Shown piece after piece: positions 25,894 through 39,420 of a DNA stretch of 64,000 bases. A program made the translations under genes and the position numbers. Origin of the DNA: Schmidtea polychroa (taxonomy: Eukaryota); assembly GCA_044892525.1 (NCBI GenBank), contig CM097885.1, positions 32,986,001 to 33,050,000 on the forward strand. The letters are read 5' to 3'. The notes under the pieces are model-generated. The model saw only the letters and a list, made by a program, of their open reading frames with translations, did no database searches and was not told the origin of the DNA. Numbering within the stretch: position 1 is the first letter of the stretch; every line of letters starts with the position of its first letter.

Positions 25894-27483
25894 CACCAAC
25901 CGGCATTTGATTATCATCAAATGGCCATTGATTTGCATATTTAATAATATAAATATTAACTTACCTATAATAAATGTGTGTATGTCATAGCCAGAAGGGA
26001 CATTCAATTAGCTAGGTGACATTGAATTAGTTCTTACACTATAGAAAGATAGAAAAAATTGCTGTTGGAAGAAAAATAAATAAATACATACACACACGGT
26101 TCACAAATTTTCTATAATATAAAATACACACTATAGGACATTGATTTATCATAAGGACATTCAATTAGCTAAAAATTTTCATTTTTAAAACAAATTATTA
26201 TCAAAATGTTCGAAGATATTTCAGAAGCTTCTTCAGAATCAACAATTCCATTTCAAGAAATTCATAGAAATGTGTAAGTTTTTCATTAAACTTTAATTAT
26301 TTTCTTAAAATCGATATAGAATTACCATTAAAGATAAAGAAAGAATCATTAAATCCATGGAAGATGGCCATGATTATTATGAATTAGGCCGTATTCTTGG
26401 AATTAAGCGGAATACAATAACCAGCATTATTTTGAAATATAAGAAGACTGGAATTTTATCCGCAGGAACAAGAGGAAGCAATCGACCAACAATTATCACA
26501 ACAATTATTGGTCAGGAATTATTGAACTATGTCGAAAGAAATTATTATTCGGCATTAAATCAAATTAGATTGTTTTTATCTACAAATCACAATGTAGAAA
26601 TTTCCACAAAATCAATATCCAGGAACCTGAAAAATCAATTATTAACCTTCAAAAGGATCAGGCCTTGTGTGGAAGAAAGAAATTCAGATAGAATATTGGA
26701 CATTCGGCAGACATATGTTACACGTCTGCTTGAAGAAGGTTGGAGGAGCAGTAAATCTATTTATATAGATGAATGGTCTTTCAATACATGGACAAACAAG
26801 AGATTCGGAAGATCTCGAGTAGGCACTCGAATTTACAGCAATGTGCCAACAAATCGAGGTACCAATATTTCATTAGTTTTGGCAATATCCAAAGATGGGC
26901 CAATCCATTCACAAATCATCATTTGCTCTTTTAGAAAGGAATCATACCAGTCATTTATAACAAAATTGACTGAGAAACTGAATGGCTCTGGATTCATTTT
27001 GATACACGATGATGTATCCATCCACAATAATGTATATTAGCAGTATATTATCTTTGAACAATCACATAGAAAAGTTACCTCCATATAGTCCATTTTTGAA
27101 CCCCATCGAAAGTGTGTTCAGCAAGATTAAAAATGGGGCAAGGACTAAAATTTCCTCGGCTAATGGATTTTCCAGGATGAGTTTCAATGACAGATTTACC
27201 GCAATATCCCAAGCAGTTATCGAGGAACTTAGCAAACCAGATTATAGTAATTTGAAAAATTACTATAATCATATTAAAAGGTTCTTCCCTAAATGCTTGA
27301 AGAAGCAGGATATTTTAGGTGAATTCTGAAAAATGTAATGTATATTATAATAAATAATTAAATATCTTACTTCTTTATTCATTATTTTAAAAAAATTCTT
27401 AAAATTAACTAAAATCCAAAACAAAGCTTATTTGACAAAGCTAAATGAATGTCTCATTTATGATAATTAAATGCGCTTTGGTG
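25894..27483 (+). mobile_element. Full-length IS630/Tc1-like DNA transposon, 1590 bp, TA TSD
   Basis: Imperfect TIRs CACCAAccggCATTTgATTATCAT / CACCAAagcgCATTTaATTATCAT, flanked by TA at 25892-93 and 27484-85. The empty site with a single TA is seen at ~57778. GACATTCAATTAGC subterminal repeats are present. Confidence 0.9.
26206..27329 (+). pseudogene. IS630/Tc1-like DDE transposase with a predicted 46-nt intron (26274-26319) and one frameshift (~27033)
   Basis: HTH region ELGRILGIKRNTITSII, then IYIDEWSFN, LIHDDVSIH and LPPYSPFLNPIE. Exon 1 (26206-26273) joins in frame across GTAAGT...TAG. ORFs 26357-27040 and 27009-27329 overlap in different frames. Confidence 0.9.
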
Positions 27484-27665
27484 TATGGTAATCAATGTAT
27501 ATTTCGCATTAATTATTTTCTCTCACTTTTTAGATTCCTATAATAAATATGTTAAATTTCGCAGCATTAAATTTCTACACACAGGTAAGTTTGTGTGTTC
27601 CTATAATATATATTTATTGATTTTTTTTAGATTATAGATAATGTTATATTTCGCAGTTAGGTGTA

Positions 27666-28340
27666 TAATACAGGTTGGTGTGCACAACCAATTATAGATG
27701 CGTCACTACAGTATCTGATGAAATAGTTATTTTAATGAAATTATGTTTAATTTAAGATAAACTATTTTAGCCATTTTCGAAATGACTTTCAAGTAATTTT
27801 TTTATCTAAAGTAAATTATTCATAATTAAATTTCAGGGTTTTTTAGGATTTTTATGAAATTTTATGAAATTAATTGGAATTATTTCGATATAATATAAGT
27901 CAGATATATTTTAAACTATAAATAAATAAAGTAATCTATTTATTTAATCTGCTACTTTTCTGTTTGCAAATTTCTCCATAATTTTATATCTGTAAATTAT
28001 TGTTCCAATCCATTGTTTGGTGATTCTAGGTAATCAGCTAAGTTCTTCGTAATTTTCAACATTTCAAATGCATTAATTAGTCGAATTTTGCCATGTTCTA
28101 TTAAAAAACTAATATTAAATTTATTAAAAATTGAAGATAAATCTTTCGAAATAATGTCTTCATTTGAGTTTTCAGAATTTTCGTCAAAAATACTTTCGGT
28201 CATTTCTTTCTAAAGATTTCTAAAATTGCCTTTAAATGATTTATTATAGTGCGTTTATTCATTACAACGATTCTACATATCGAAATTTTGCATGTAATTT
28301 TTACTATGTGTTGTGTGTGTGTTAGTTTATTTTTTCTACC
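27666..28340. mobile_element. Diverged relative of the same MITE family, directly adjacent
   Basis: TATAATA...GTTGGTGTGCACA, TAATTAAATTTCAGG and TATAAATAA.TAAAGTAATC blocks are colinear with 25200-25540. The end is approximate. Confidence 0.6.
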
Positions 28341-30793
28341 ACTTTCTCACTTACTCTATTAAATGTGTTTGTTCATTGCAAAGCTAAAACTCAACACACA
28401 TATAAGTTTGTATGTTTATATAATATACACGTATTGATTTTATTTTTACATTATATATGCGTTCGTTCACTGCAAAAGTACTATATAAAGATAAATTAAC
28501 TACCTTTGAAAAAAGAAATAACTCCACATAATTTTTAATATAAAAAAATACACAAGTGAACATCAAATAAGGATGTTGACATTGAATTAACTCAAAATAT
28601 TCAATTAAATTTATTGAAATTTTGAAAAATATTTTTTTCCTTATCTATTCCACTTTAACATGTTTGTATTAGTATGTTGAAAATTTAGTTAAACTGTAAT
28701 ATATTGAAAAAATTATTGAATAAAATTAGAGATAATAAAACTACATTTAGAAAATAATCTAAATGTTCAATTATTAATAAAAGTTTTGTTTAAGTATTTT
28801 AATAAATGTTTTACCTAATAAATGTCATCATAAATTCTAAAAAAATATTCTTGTTAAGTTAAAAATCTTAAAATTAATCATAAAATTATATATAAAATAT
28901 TCTTGAAATAAATTATTACCGTACAAAATATAATTAAAAAATTACATAATATCAATTAATTCTCTGCATTAGAGCAATTGATTTAATATTTAATAATAAT
29001 AAATCAAAACCAGTTAGTTTTGTTGAACGAATGAATGAAATCCTTGATAAATAAGTTTGAATCTCATTAAAATTTGTTTATTTAACTTTCTAATAACAAA
29101 ATAAATATTACTTTATTCAAATTTCATGGCATCAATCCTAAAACCTTAGGATAATCGCTCGGTAAATTGGTATAAAATTGTTTTAACGTGGAATTCTCAA
29201 TGGAACATTGCTGACTTCGTTTATTTCTTTAAAAATAATTAAAAATAAACTTCTTAGTCAAACTATTATTAATAAATAAAACAATGTTAACAATAATAAG
29301 CATTTATAATTAATTTCAACCAAAAATTCTCATTGCAAAGGCTTTTATAAGACTTTTCGTATTAAACCCCCATTGAATTGGATGGAATAACTCGATTTTT
29401 CCTGGATATGGCACATATTTCCACACTGTCCTGATAATAGTTTTTGGAATTCTCTTTTGTTTGATTTCCTTATTGATTACCCAACTCGAAATTTCTTTAA
29501 TTAATCAATTAACTATTTACTGTTTTTCACTCCCTTGCTTTTAAACCTTTCTAAAATTATTCTAATAAATTCAATATTACCATGATCTATCCCCTATCTA
29601 ATCTATACCTATGTTATAATTAGTCTATACCTATTCATATTCAAAATTGATAGTTTATTGATTTTCTGTAATTTTTGCATTCTTCGTCATTCAGTTTTTA
29701 ATTATACCATATTTTGACACTTTCCAAAATATTTAACTTCCTTGGAAATTATGACCTTTTAAGATGATTTAGTTTTAGAATCCCAAAAATATGTACACCT
29801 TAAAAGTTGACATGTATATCTCAAACAAACTATCAAAAAATTGAATAAGGAGTAAATGAATTCAAAATCATTGATAGATCAGAGATTCTTTACCATTTCT
29901 TCGAATTTTAAAGTTGAATAGTTGATAATAAAAAGACCATTTTTCTTACATATCAAGTGATGACACATATCAAACAATCAGAATTAAGTAAGGAGATAAA
30001 AATTAAAACAATTTAAACAAGTTACACACATCAAGAAATCAGATATCAACTTTACTTTAACTTAATTTTCAATATGAAGTTTCCGTATTCTTCAGGACTA
30101 ATTTGATTTCTGAATTATTACTTTCTTTCGAAGTTTATATGTATTACTTTAAAATAAATATTTACTATTGCTTACTATTGAATTCATTGATAGCCACTCT
30201 TTTTTTGAGATCTATATTTCACTATTTCAATTGTATTCATTTGATAGGATCAAAAACCATTAAATTTTATTGTTAATTGGAACAAACTATTGGGAGAAAT
30301 AAGAATGAAGACCAAATTTTCATTCATAAAATCTGACAGTTTCATAATATTTCCGACCTCTTAAGACCAAACAATTACTTGTTTTATTAGTCAAAGATTT
30401 TTTTCCTTCTTTGATATAGTGTTGATCACTTTGTATATATAATATATAATATAATAAAATAACAAAAACTTTCCATTAATTTATTTATAATACTATTTAA
30501 TATCTAATTTCCGAGTTTTTGAAATAAACGAAAAATAAAATAAAATTAACAATATTTACATTTATATATTTAATTTTCTAGAGATGCTGTATTTATATGT
30601 ATATATATATGTATATATTTATATGTATATGTAAATGTCAACATGAAGATTTTTTTTAATCCAGAAGTCTTAAAAATTCTTTTATTAAAAAGTTTTCATT
30701 CTAAATCGAAATTAATCTCTTTAACTTAAATTAACATTTTTTAATAAAATAACTTTTAATTTTAAATTTATTAAATTTAACATTTATTATTAA

Positions 30794-31312
30794 CTAGCTG
30801 TTGTACCCGGCTTCGCCCGAGTTTACATTTATTATAATAATTCATTTAAATTAATTTTTTGTTTAATGATGTTATTCCAGTATTAATTTTATGACAGCTT
30901 TAATTCACAATAAGAAAAGCTTTCAAAATTCAATTTGTAAAATCGAAAACGCACTCCAATTTAAATCGAAAAATAACTGGCAATATTTTTCCAATTACAA
31001 ACTGGTTCACTAATCAAATAAAATTCAAATGTTTGAATTCTGCTTTGAAAACGTTTGACTAAATTATATTACTTTCAACTGCAAGTAGCAAGCATATAAT
31101 AAATTATTATTTGTATGGTAAATTGCTTACCGGACAGAGAAAAAAAATCGACTATGGGTAACCTAGGGGTAGTCACCCGGGGAGAAACATAGCCTATGAC
31201 CTCTCCCGAGTCAAATGAGGTTCACATGCAAAGTTTCAGCACTCTAGGTCCAACGGTGGTGAATTCTATAGAAAACAAACAAACAAACATACTTTCATCT
31301 TTATATATTAGA
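30794..31312 (-). mobile_element. Non-autonomous Helitron (Lep1-like architecture), 519 bp
   Basis: Minus strand: A|TCTAATATATAAAG..., a (TTTG)n microsatellite near the 5' end, and a 3' hairpin CTCGGGCGAAGCCGGG followed by TACAACAGCTAG|T. This is the canonical 5'-TC / 3'-CTAG structure with A|T insertion and no TSD. Confidence 0.9.
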
Positions 31313-31885
31313 TATATATTAAAAGTATAGAATATTTTTATTACTCTGAAATTCATAGTATAAATTAAAAATAAATCCATACTTGTTTATATGAGTTTTT
31401 TTTAACTTTTTAAAATCCATGTTTTTCCATGTCTAAATCTTAAAAATTCACTCTAAATTGAAAAATGACTACCGAAGTTTTTGGAATAGTTTCAAAAGTC
31501 GAAGAATCCAAAATTGTTGAACAAGTCAAAGCTACCGAAAATTCAAACATACAGAAAAAATTTGATATTTAACAATTAAACTGTTATTTTATCAAAAGGA
31601 AATTAAAATATATCAAAATCATCAATTAAATATTTGAGTTATTTATCTTACAAAATCCAATTTGGAAAAGCTTTCCATTTTCGGAATTTCCAACATCCAA
31701 CGACGGATTGATAAAAGTATTGAGCTCATCACTATCATGGCTTCCGAGTTTCTCAGCCACTTGAAAAATGAATTTTTTTCTTGCTATTTATTCGAGTGGC
31801 CTATTTTTACAATATCCATGTATTTATTGCTGCGGAATCCACTGTAAATTCCACTTCTAAAAATGTCTTTTTGTTTGTCTTTTTT

Positions 31886-32375
31886 GTTGGTAAGAAAACC
31901 AAAAAAAATTATATTCAAAAGGAAGGAATAACAAATATTTTTTAAATCAATAAAAGTGCAAAATTAATTAAAACTTACTAAAAATAAAAAACCAATATTG
32001 AATATCGGTTGAACGCCAAATTAATAGACAAGTTCAGAAATTATAATGAAAATTTAATAAGGGCTTCACATGTAAAGTTTATACGAAAAAACAAATGAAT
32101 TAAAATGAATTAATCTGTAATCCGAGCGCTGAAGGAAACCTTAAGCGCAGTGAGACCCGATCGATAAAATAAAAGATAGAATATACCGAACGCCAATCTA
32201 GAACAAACAAATTAAAATAATTTGAAAACTCTCAAATTTTGACCTAGGATTCCCGTGGGATAATTACTTGCAGTTTAGGAGAATTTTTGATCATTGTATT
32301 TTGTTGGGGTTGGTAAGAAAACCAAAAAAATTTATATTCAAAAGGAATGAATAACAAATATTTTTAAAATCAAAA
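31886..32375 (+). repeat. ~65-bp direct repeat pair (31886 and 32309)
   Basis: GTTGGTAAGAAAACCAAAAAAA.TTATATTCAAAAGGAA.GAATAACAAATATTTTT.AAATCAA occurs twice, 423 bp apart. Confidence 0.8.
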
Positions 32376-34329
32376 ACAAAATAAAATGAGAGCTCAGAAA
32401 CAGACAGGCCGCCAGAAACAAAGAGAAGCTTAAAGAATCAGGAAAAACGAAATATAGTAATTGGAAAAAAACTTAATTCTCGTTTGCCCCTTGGGTTATC
32501 TACCTAGAGAGTAATATGTATATTGAGCGAAAGGTGCAAATATAGTGACAAATTGTAATTTGATTGAAATCGAATAAAGTTATTCTGTGTTGAGTTTTGA
32601 TTTATTTGTTTAAATAAGAACACGAGGAGTCAGAGGGAATCGACTTGTAAAAATAAAACCCAAAATTTCATAAGAAAATGATCTATAATTGTAATAAAAT
32701 CAATGAAATATTAAATAAAAAGTTAATCACTGAGGAAAAAAATATTAAGGATTATTATTAATAATCTAAATTTTTTAAAACAAATTTCAAACTTTAAGGG
32801 CTTATCATGTAATTTATTAATTTTTTAATATTTTATATATATATATATATAATAATAAATTATGTCTAAAATAAAATTTTCAATTTATAATTTCTGAATA
32901 GAAATGATTTTCATTGAAATTATTACCAATAAACGAATAAATTGTCGCCAAAATTTCTCAAAGAGATTTGTCATTTTCATTTATTTTCTTTGAAATATTT
33001 AATATTAATATCATTGATAATAACTGAGATTTCGCATTTCGAATGACTGAAAAATATTTGTCAGCAATGATCCCATTTCAATCATTAAATCCTCAAGTTG
33101 ATTTCACTGAAATAAATTAATAAAAAATAAACTTAAAAATTTGTCATTAGTATTTTTCTGTGTACTTTTAGGCTGTCCAATTGAAAATATTTTTGCGAAA
33201 ATATTTCAAAAATGTATAAAAAATATTTAGTTCATGTATTATAACTAAATTTGAGAAAAATGGAATTTTTGATGAAACATTTTCTCATGAAATTAATTAT
33301 TGAATTTATTTTACATTTACAATTGATAATAATAGTAACAAAATATATTTCTAATTATTAAAAAAAATATGTTCTTCATCATTGGGGTTTTCATAGTTTC
33401 CTTTATTTTCATTTATTTAGACTAGAGATTAATAACTTTTTTAGTTTACAAACAATAACAATAAAGAATAGTAAATACATAAGAAGATAATGTATCAGGA
33501 AATAAAGAAGGAATAGAATATTTTGCTAAATCAAAGATCTTTTTGTAATATTCAGTTTCACGATATCACAATTCAGAATATTTGTATTTATAATCATGTA
33601 ATATGAGATATTATTCATACAAAGTGCAAACATTTATTAACACAGAAAATATTATTCACAATAATTAATAATTAGCATTAAAACTTTTATCGCATTTTTC
33701 ATTCTCAATGTTTTTTTAAAATTCAGATTTCATTCCCCTTCATTTATCTTCATACTATTGATTTATAGCCAAAAACTAAATGAAGATCAATTATTAATTA
33801 ATTAAATTACAAAGTTACTCGTATTTACTCAATTTAAAAGATTTTAATCATTAAATAGGATACTAGAACTGTAGTTAACCATTTACCATCATTTCCCCTA
33901 ATATTTATACTGAGAATTTGTATTAAATATTATGAGGAAGTTAAAAGATTCTTAAAGATTAATTAGAAATTTGGTAAAAATTTTAAAAATATTTTTATTG
34001 AAAAATATTTTAAAAAGAAATTTATCAATTTTAAAAAATATTTTTATCAAAGAAATATTTTAAGAAAATCTGAAATTTGTTTAAATAACAAAAATAAGAT
34101 CAGACAAGTTTTTTGAGATATCTTTTATTAAATAAAATTTATGGAATTATTTAGTGATTTAAAAACGAATGAGAATCCTAATAAATATCATTCCTTAACT
34201 AATATTTTATATTCAATTTTGTCTTATTTCATTATTTTTTTCATATAGTGCACTAAGATATTTTCACAGAAATGTTCCATATAAATCAAAATATTTTTAT
34301 TAGACTTTTGTATATTGATACAGAAAACT

Positions 34330-34475
34330 TTCACTTGAAAAAGGCAGTGCCGAAAATTTGTGAATATCAAAAACATCGATATATTTACTAATTTATAGCC
34401 AAGCTTTTTAATAAATACAATGGAAAAGAAATCAGTGGTGATATTGGAAAAAAGTTCTTATAATAATACTGTTTA
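34330..34475 (+). repeat. Dispersed ~150-bp repeat, copy 2
   Basis: High similarity to 16616-16775. Confidence 0.8.
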
Positions 34476-35521
34476 TGCTTTAAATAAGTTTGATGAATCT
34501 AAAGAAGTCTAAATCACCACAATTTCAAACTTTTGGTTAGTTTAGACATGTCCATTAAATAAGTAAAATAAAATGAACATCCAAATGCTGATGCATTGTC
34601 TCGTGATGATTGCAGAAGATGTACACAAAATAATCTAAGTGATTCATTTGACATTGTGTACAACTTCCAGTCATGATAATGCATCTGCATTATTATGTTT
34701 CTCACTTTTGCGATATTCTAATATCATATCCAAACTACTTAAGAAATTTATCCAATTTTGAAATTGTGCTGTAATTGGGCTCTTATGTTGTTAACACGAA
34801 TATGATTACTTTATGATGAGTCCTCAAAATAATATATATATATATTTTTTTTTGATTGACATATCCCTCTTCACCCTCCTCGCGGGGTGTGGGTTGGTGT
34901 CAGATTCATAATGTAAAAGGTAGAATTATTGTTTAATAATTTCCATTTAATGTTTCATTTTAAATGAAATAGCAATTTTCGAAATTTTCTTATTTATTTC
35001 ATTAATAAAATTAAAAGCAAAATGACAATAAGTAATAATTATTAAAAAAAAATTATACCAGAAATAAATGTTTTCCAATTATCTGGCAGATAAAATACTC
35101 GTGTAAAGTAAATTATTTTCATTTATATCAATAATCCGCAATTCTCACAATACTTTGTCATTTCCCGCATTATTGAGGTATTTCAGGTTTAAACAAATTA
35201 GTTTAGGAATTGTTATGGACAAACCTGGCGAATTAGTTTGAGATGAGATTCCAAGAAATTTTTAGTTTACAAATCTGATTCAAATTATGTGAAGTTGAAT
35301 GTCTTTTTAACAGTAATATTAAAAATATAATTCAATTTATAAAAAAAATAGTTATTCAAATAATATCATAAAATATTACAAGAATGAAGTTAAATATCAA
35401 ATCAATTTAATAAATTTAAATTCCATAAATATCTAAGAAAATTTTTTTATTAGAAATCTGATTTCCGAAATTATTTGAAAGAAATTTGATTACGAAAATT
35501 GCTAATAAGTAGGTAGTGAGG

Positions 35522-35773
35522 GGGTCTCCTTGGTCCTGGGATTTTCAATACAAATTCCGATTATCACTAAAAAAGCATGGTAATTTAAGGTCTCAGGATA
35601 TTTTGAATAGAAAAAGTGGGTCTTCACTTAAAAGCCAAGATTTTCCAAGAATTATTGTGGTGGGTCTCCTTGGTCCTGGGATTTTCAATACAAAATCCAA
35701 TTATCACTAAAAAGCATAGAATTTTCAAATTAAAATAAGGTGGGTCTCCGCGGTCCTGGGATTTTCAATACAA
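35522..35773 (+). repeat. Three copies of GGGTCTCCTTGGTCCTGGGATTTTCAATACAA
   Basis: Copies at 35522, 35662 and 35742. Confidence 0.85.
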
Positions 35774-36604
35774 TAAAGAGTCAACACAAAAAAGCATGGA
35801 AAATTAATGATAAGTAAAGTATGGATCTAAAAATTGAATTACAGTAAGTTATGGGCTCAGATTTTTGAATTATAGTAAATTATGGACCTAAAAATTGAAT
35901 TATTGTCTAAAATTTTAAATTAAAGTAAATTAAGGTTCCAAAAAAATTAAATTAAAGTTAATTAAGGTTCAAATTTTAAAATTAAGTAATCAATGGTCAA
36001 AAATTTTAAATTAAAGTTAAATAAGTAAATTAAAGTAATAATTTTTAAAAAAATAAAATTAAAGTAATGTAATAAGTAAATTAAAGTAATAATTTTTAAA
36101 TTTATTAACAAAAAGTGTTTGAGAATTAAAATGTTTTAATGAAAATGTTTTATGGAATAATTTTTCAAAGTTAATTTTAGATGCAAATCTTTGTCAATTA
36201 ATCATTCACTACATGAAATTATTGATTAAATATGTATATAAGGGTTATATTCGGTTGTTAAGTAAATTATATTGTAAAATAAAAAATGAAGTAATAAAAA
36301 GATAAATAGGTAAATTAAGGATAAATAAGTAAATTATATTTCGTAAACAAAGGTTTAATTAAGTAATCAATGGTCTAAAAAATTAAATTAAACTTAAATA
36401 AGCAAAATTTAAGTATTAATTTTTAAATAATGTAAATTAAAATAATAATTTTTAAATAAAAGAAAATTAATCTAATAAGTAAATTAAAGTAATAATTTTT
36501 AAATTTATTATCAAAGGATTGAATAACCATCAACTTTTTTGAGAAATATAATTTTTAATGAAAATTTTAATGGAAATTTTTTTAAGTTAATTTTTAATGG
36601 AAAT

Positions 36605-37225
36605 CAACTAAGTATTCCTTATTGTATTTTATCAAATGATTTTTAAATTAATTTTTTTTATTTGTCTTCAAAAATATTTTTAACTACAATCAGTAGAAAA
36701 ACTCTTTCTAAATGTCTAAATTTAACAAATATGATGATTTTTATCAAAAATAAATAATTGTCAACTCAACACCACGTAGAATTGAAGATAAAATTACAAT
36801 GAAAGATTATTGAATTCTAATTTTTATTCACAAAACATTCTTCTTTTAATTGATTACTACTGACTTATTATTGCAATGTAAAAATTGCATTTAATAAATA
36901 ATTATTATTGATTCGTTTTATTATATATACTCTGAGTTTATCCGATAGGATGTTTTGACCGCCTAAGGGTATTGGTCATAAGGGTACTGGTCATAAGGGT
37001 ACTGGTCGTAAGAGTATTGGTCACACTCAATCCCCACCTACTCATTAACTAGCTACCATGTACTAACAACTAGGTCTCAAACAACTAAATACTAAACACT
37101 TACAACTAACTACCATGTACTAACAACCACCATCAAAACCCCTCGAGAAATTAACAAATATCAACCTACAACTATATAACAACAATCAGTTAACAACACT
37201 ATACCAACTATCAAGTTCAAGATAC
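36605..37225 (+). repeat. Left arm of a ~620-bp inverted repeat
   Basis: Reverse complement of ~41041-41661 with few mismatches. Contains 4 x 15-bp AAGGGTACTGGTCAT (36965-37024). Confidence 0.95.
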
Positions 37226-38250
37226 CAAAAACTTAGAATCATCAACCAGTAACTTACGAACATGTATTTACAACCAGATACCAAGTACTTAAAACAAGAT
37301 ACCAAACGCTATCAGTCAAGTACTTACAACAAGATACCAAGCACTATCAGCAAAATACTATCAACTAGATACCAAGTACCAACAATCAACTAACAACACT
37401 TAAAAATAATAGCAATTAAATACAAAATATTCTTCATCACATACACTATCTTCTTATCAAAATCTAAAAAGTCAACCAGATACCAAGTACTTACAACCAA
37501 TAACTATGTACTACCAAATTGATATTTAAAAGAAAATACTTTTCACTTGAAAGATTGGATGAAAAATTAATAAAATTTCGATTGAACTCGAGATTTTCCA
37601 ATAACTTGGTAAAAATTGATTTAATAATTGTAAAAATTTAAATTCTTCAAAAACATAATAAATAACAAAATGTAATTAATGGACAAGAAAGAACTTTAAA
37701 TTCTAGTCATTAATCATCCAGTAAATAAAAAAATACTGATAATTCAAGTTAATATCAATCAACTAAGATAATAAATTAATAAGAATTTTGAAATAAGATC
37801 TAATAGATAATTCATTTAGATTGAATAAATTAATTGAAATAAATTTATTTTAATTATTTTTTTTAAAAGTAATACATGCACTCAAATTCATCGAGTGATT
37901 GATCAAATTCAACAATATCTTAGAAATAAATAACAAAAGAGACTGATATAAGCCCACTAGTGATAACATCTAATAAACCAGTAAATTCATTTAAATGACA
38001 ATAATTGGTATATCCAAGTGAATTTCCCACTAAAATCATCTAAAGAGCATAAAATTTCCCTGAAATATCTCTGTCTTTAAAGATTAGTATTTTAACGATA
38101 AATACCCTTAGAAGGATATATATTTCCCTCAGACTAATAAGAGTCCTTAAAATCCCTTTAAATGACTATAATTCTAACTTTAATTTCTATTATCACGAAT
38201 ATTTCCCTATAAAACATGTAAAATAATTTGGTCATTAACCCTAAATAATT

Positions 38251-39420
38251 TATAAAATCTAATGATAAAACCGGTTATAATTTAATTTTTGTTAATCACT
38301 GTAAATTTTTGTAAATCACTGTACTCGAAATTAAAAATAAATATAACTAACTAGGTCCCATTGAAAGATTAAATTTATCCATTCAATAAAATATATTTCT
38401 TCAAATGGTCAACTCTTGTCGTTGTCCGTCTAAATAAAGATAAAAATAATTTAAAGTTGATATCAATCCCAATTATCTGTAAAGATTTCATTGTCAAAAT
38501 CAAGTAAATCGATCATTATCCTTACTTAATAAAACATTGCTTTAAATTAATTTACTGTGCATTAATCACAACCTAATAAAACGATATAATTTCACATTAT
38601 TATTGATTCATAACTGACTAATGTATTGACATTTCCCATAAACATTGATATTTTACCAACATCACCCTTAAAAAATCAGATATTCCCACCTTATCTGATC
38701 TCTCATTAAATCTAACCAACTGTATCTCCCTTAAAAGATTATAAAATCTAATGATAAAACCAGATATAATTAAAAATGATTAAGAATAATTAAAACTTTT
38801 GTTCTAAATTACTCGAAATTTTAAATAAATATTACTGTACAATATAACTGACTATGTCCCATTGTAAAACTTAATTTATTTATTCAATAAAATCTCTATA
38901 TTATTCAAATGGTCATATTTAACCGATATTCAACCGATATAATTTCTAATTAAAATCACCCGATAATTTTCTTCCAATAAAGATCAATTTTCTTAAGTTG
39001 TTATTGATGCTTTAACTCAATATTTCTCAACTTTTGTTTGCCTATAACATTTACATAAAGATAAAAATAATTTAAAGTTGATGTCAATCCCAATTATCTG
39101 TAAAGATTTCATTGTCAAAACCAAATAAATCGATCATTATCCCTACCTAATAAAACATTGTTCTAAACCATAAATCTAAATTAATTTACTGTGCATTCAT
39201 AACAACCTAATAAAATGATATAATTTCATATTATTATTGATTTATAACTGACTAATGTACTGTCATTTCCCTTAAAACATTGATATTTACTAACATTACC
39301 CATTTAAATATTCAAAAGATTCCCACATTAACCGATACCCCATTAAATCCAACCGATTATATCCCCTTAAAAGATTATATATTCCCACCTTATCCGATTC
39401 CTCATTAAATCCAACCGATT
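38251..39420. repeat. Internal diverged tandem duplication (~500-600-bp units) plus ~60-bp subrepeats
   Basis: TATAAAATCTAATGATAAAACC at 38251 and 38740. TAAAGATAAAAATAATTTAAAGTTGAT...CCCAATTATCTGTAAAGATTTCATTGTCAAAA at ~38435 and ~39056. Confidence 0.85.

Larger units (their letters stand above)
25175..27663. mobile_element. Non-autonomous TA-targeting TIR element (MITE), interrupted by a Tc1-like element
   Basis: TA|CACCTAACTGCGAAA...TTTCGCAGTTAGGTG|TA with ~33-bp imperfect TIRs. The internal sequence is the reverse complement of 57540-58505. Confidence 0.92.

Noticed and set aside
31886..32520. Paired LTRs
   Set aside because: The direct repeats are only ~65 bp, with no TG...CA ends, PBS/PPT or TSD identified.
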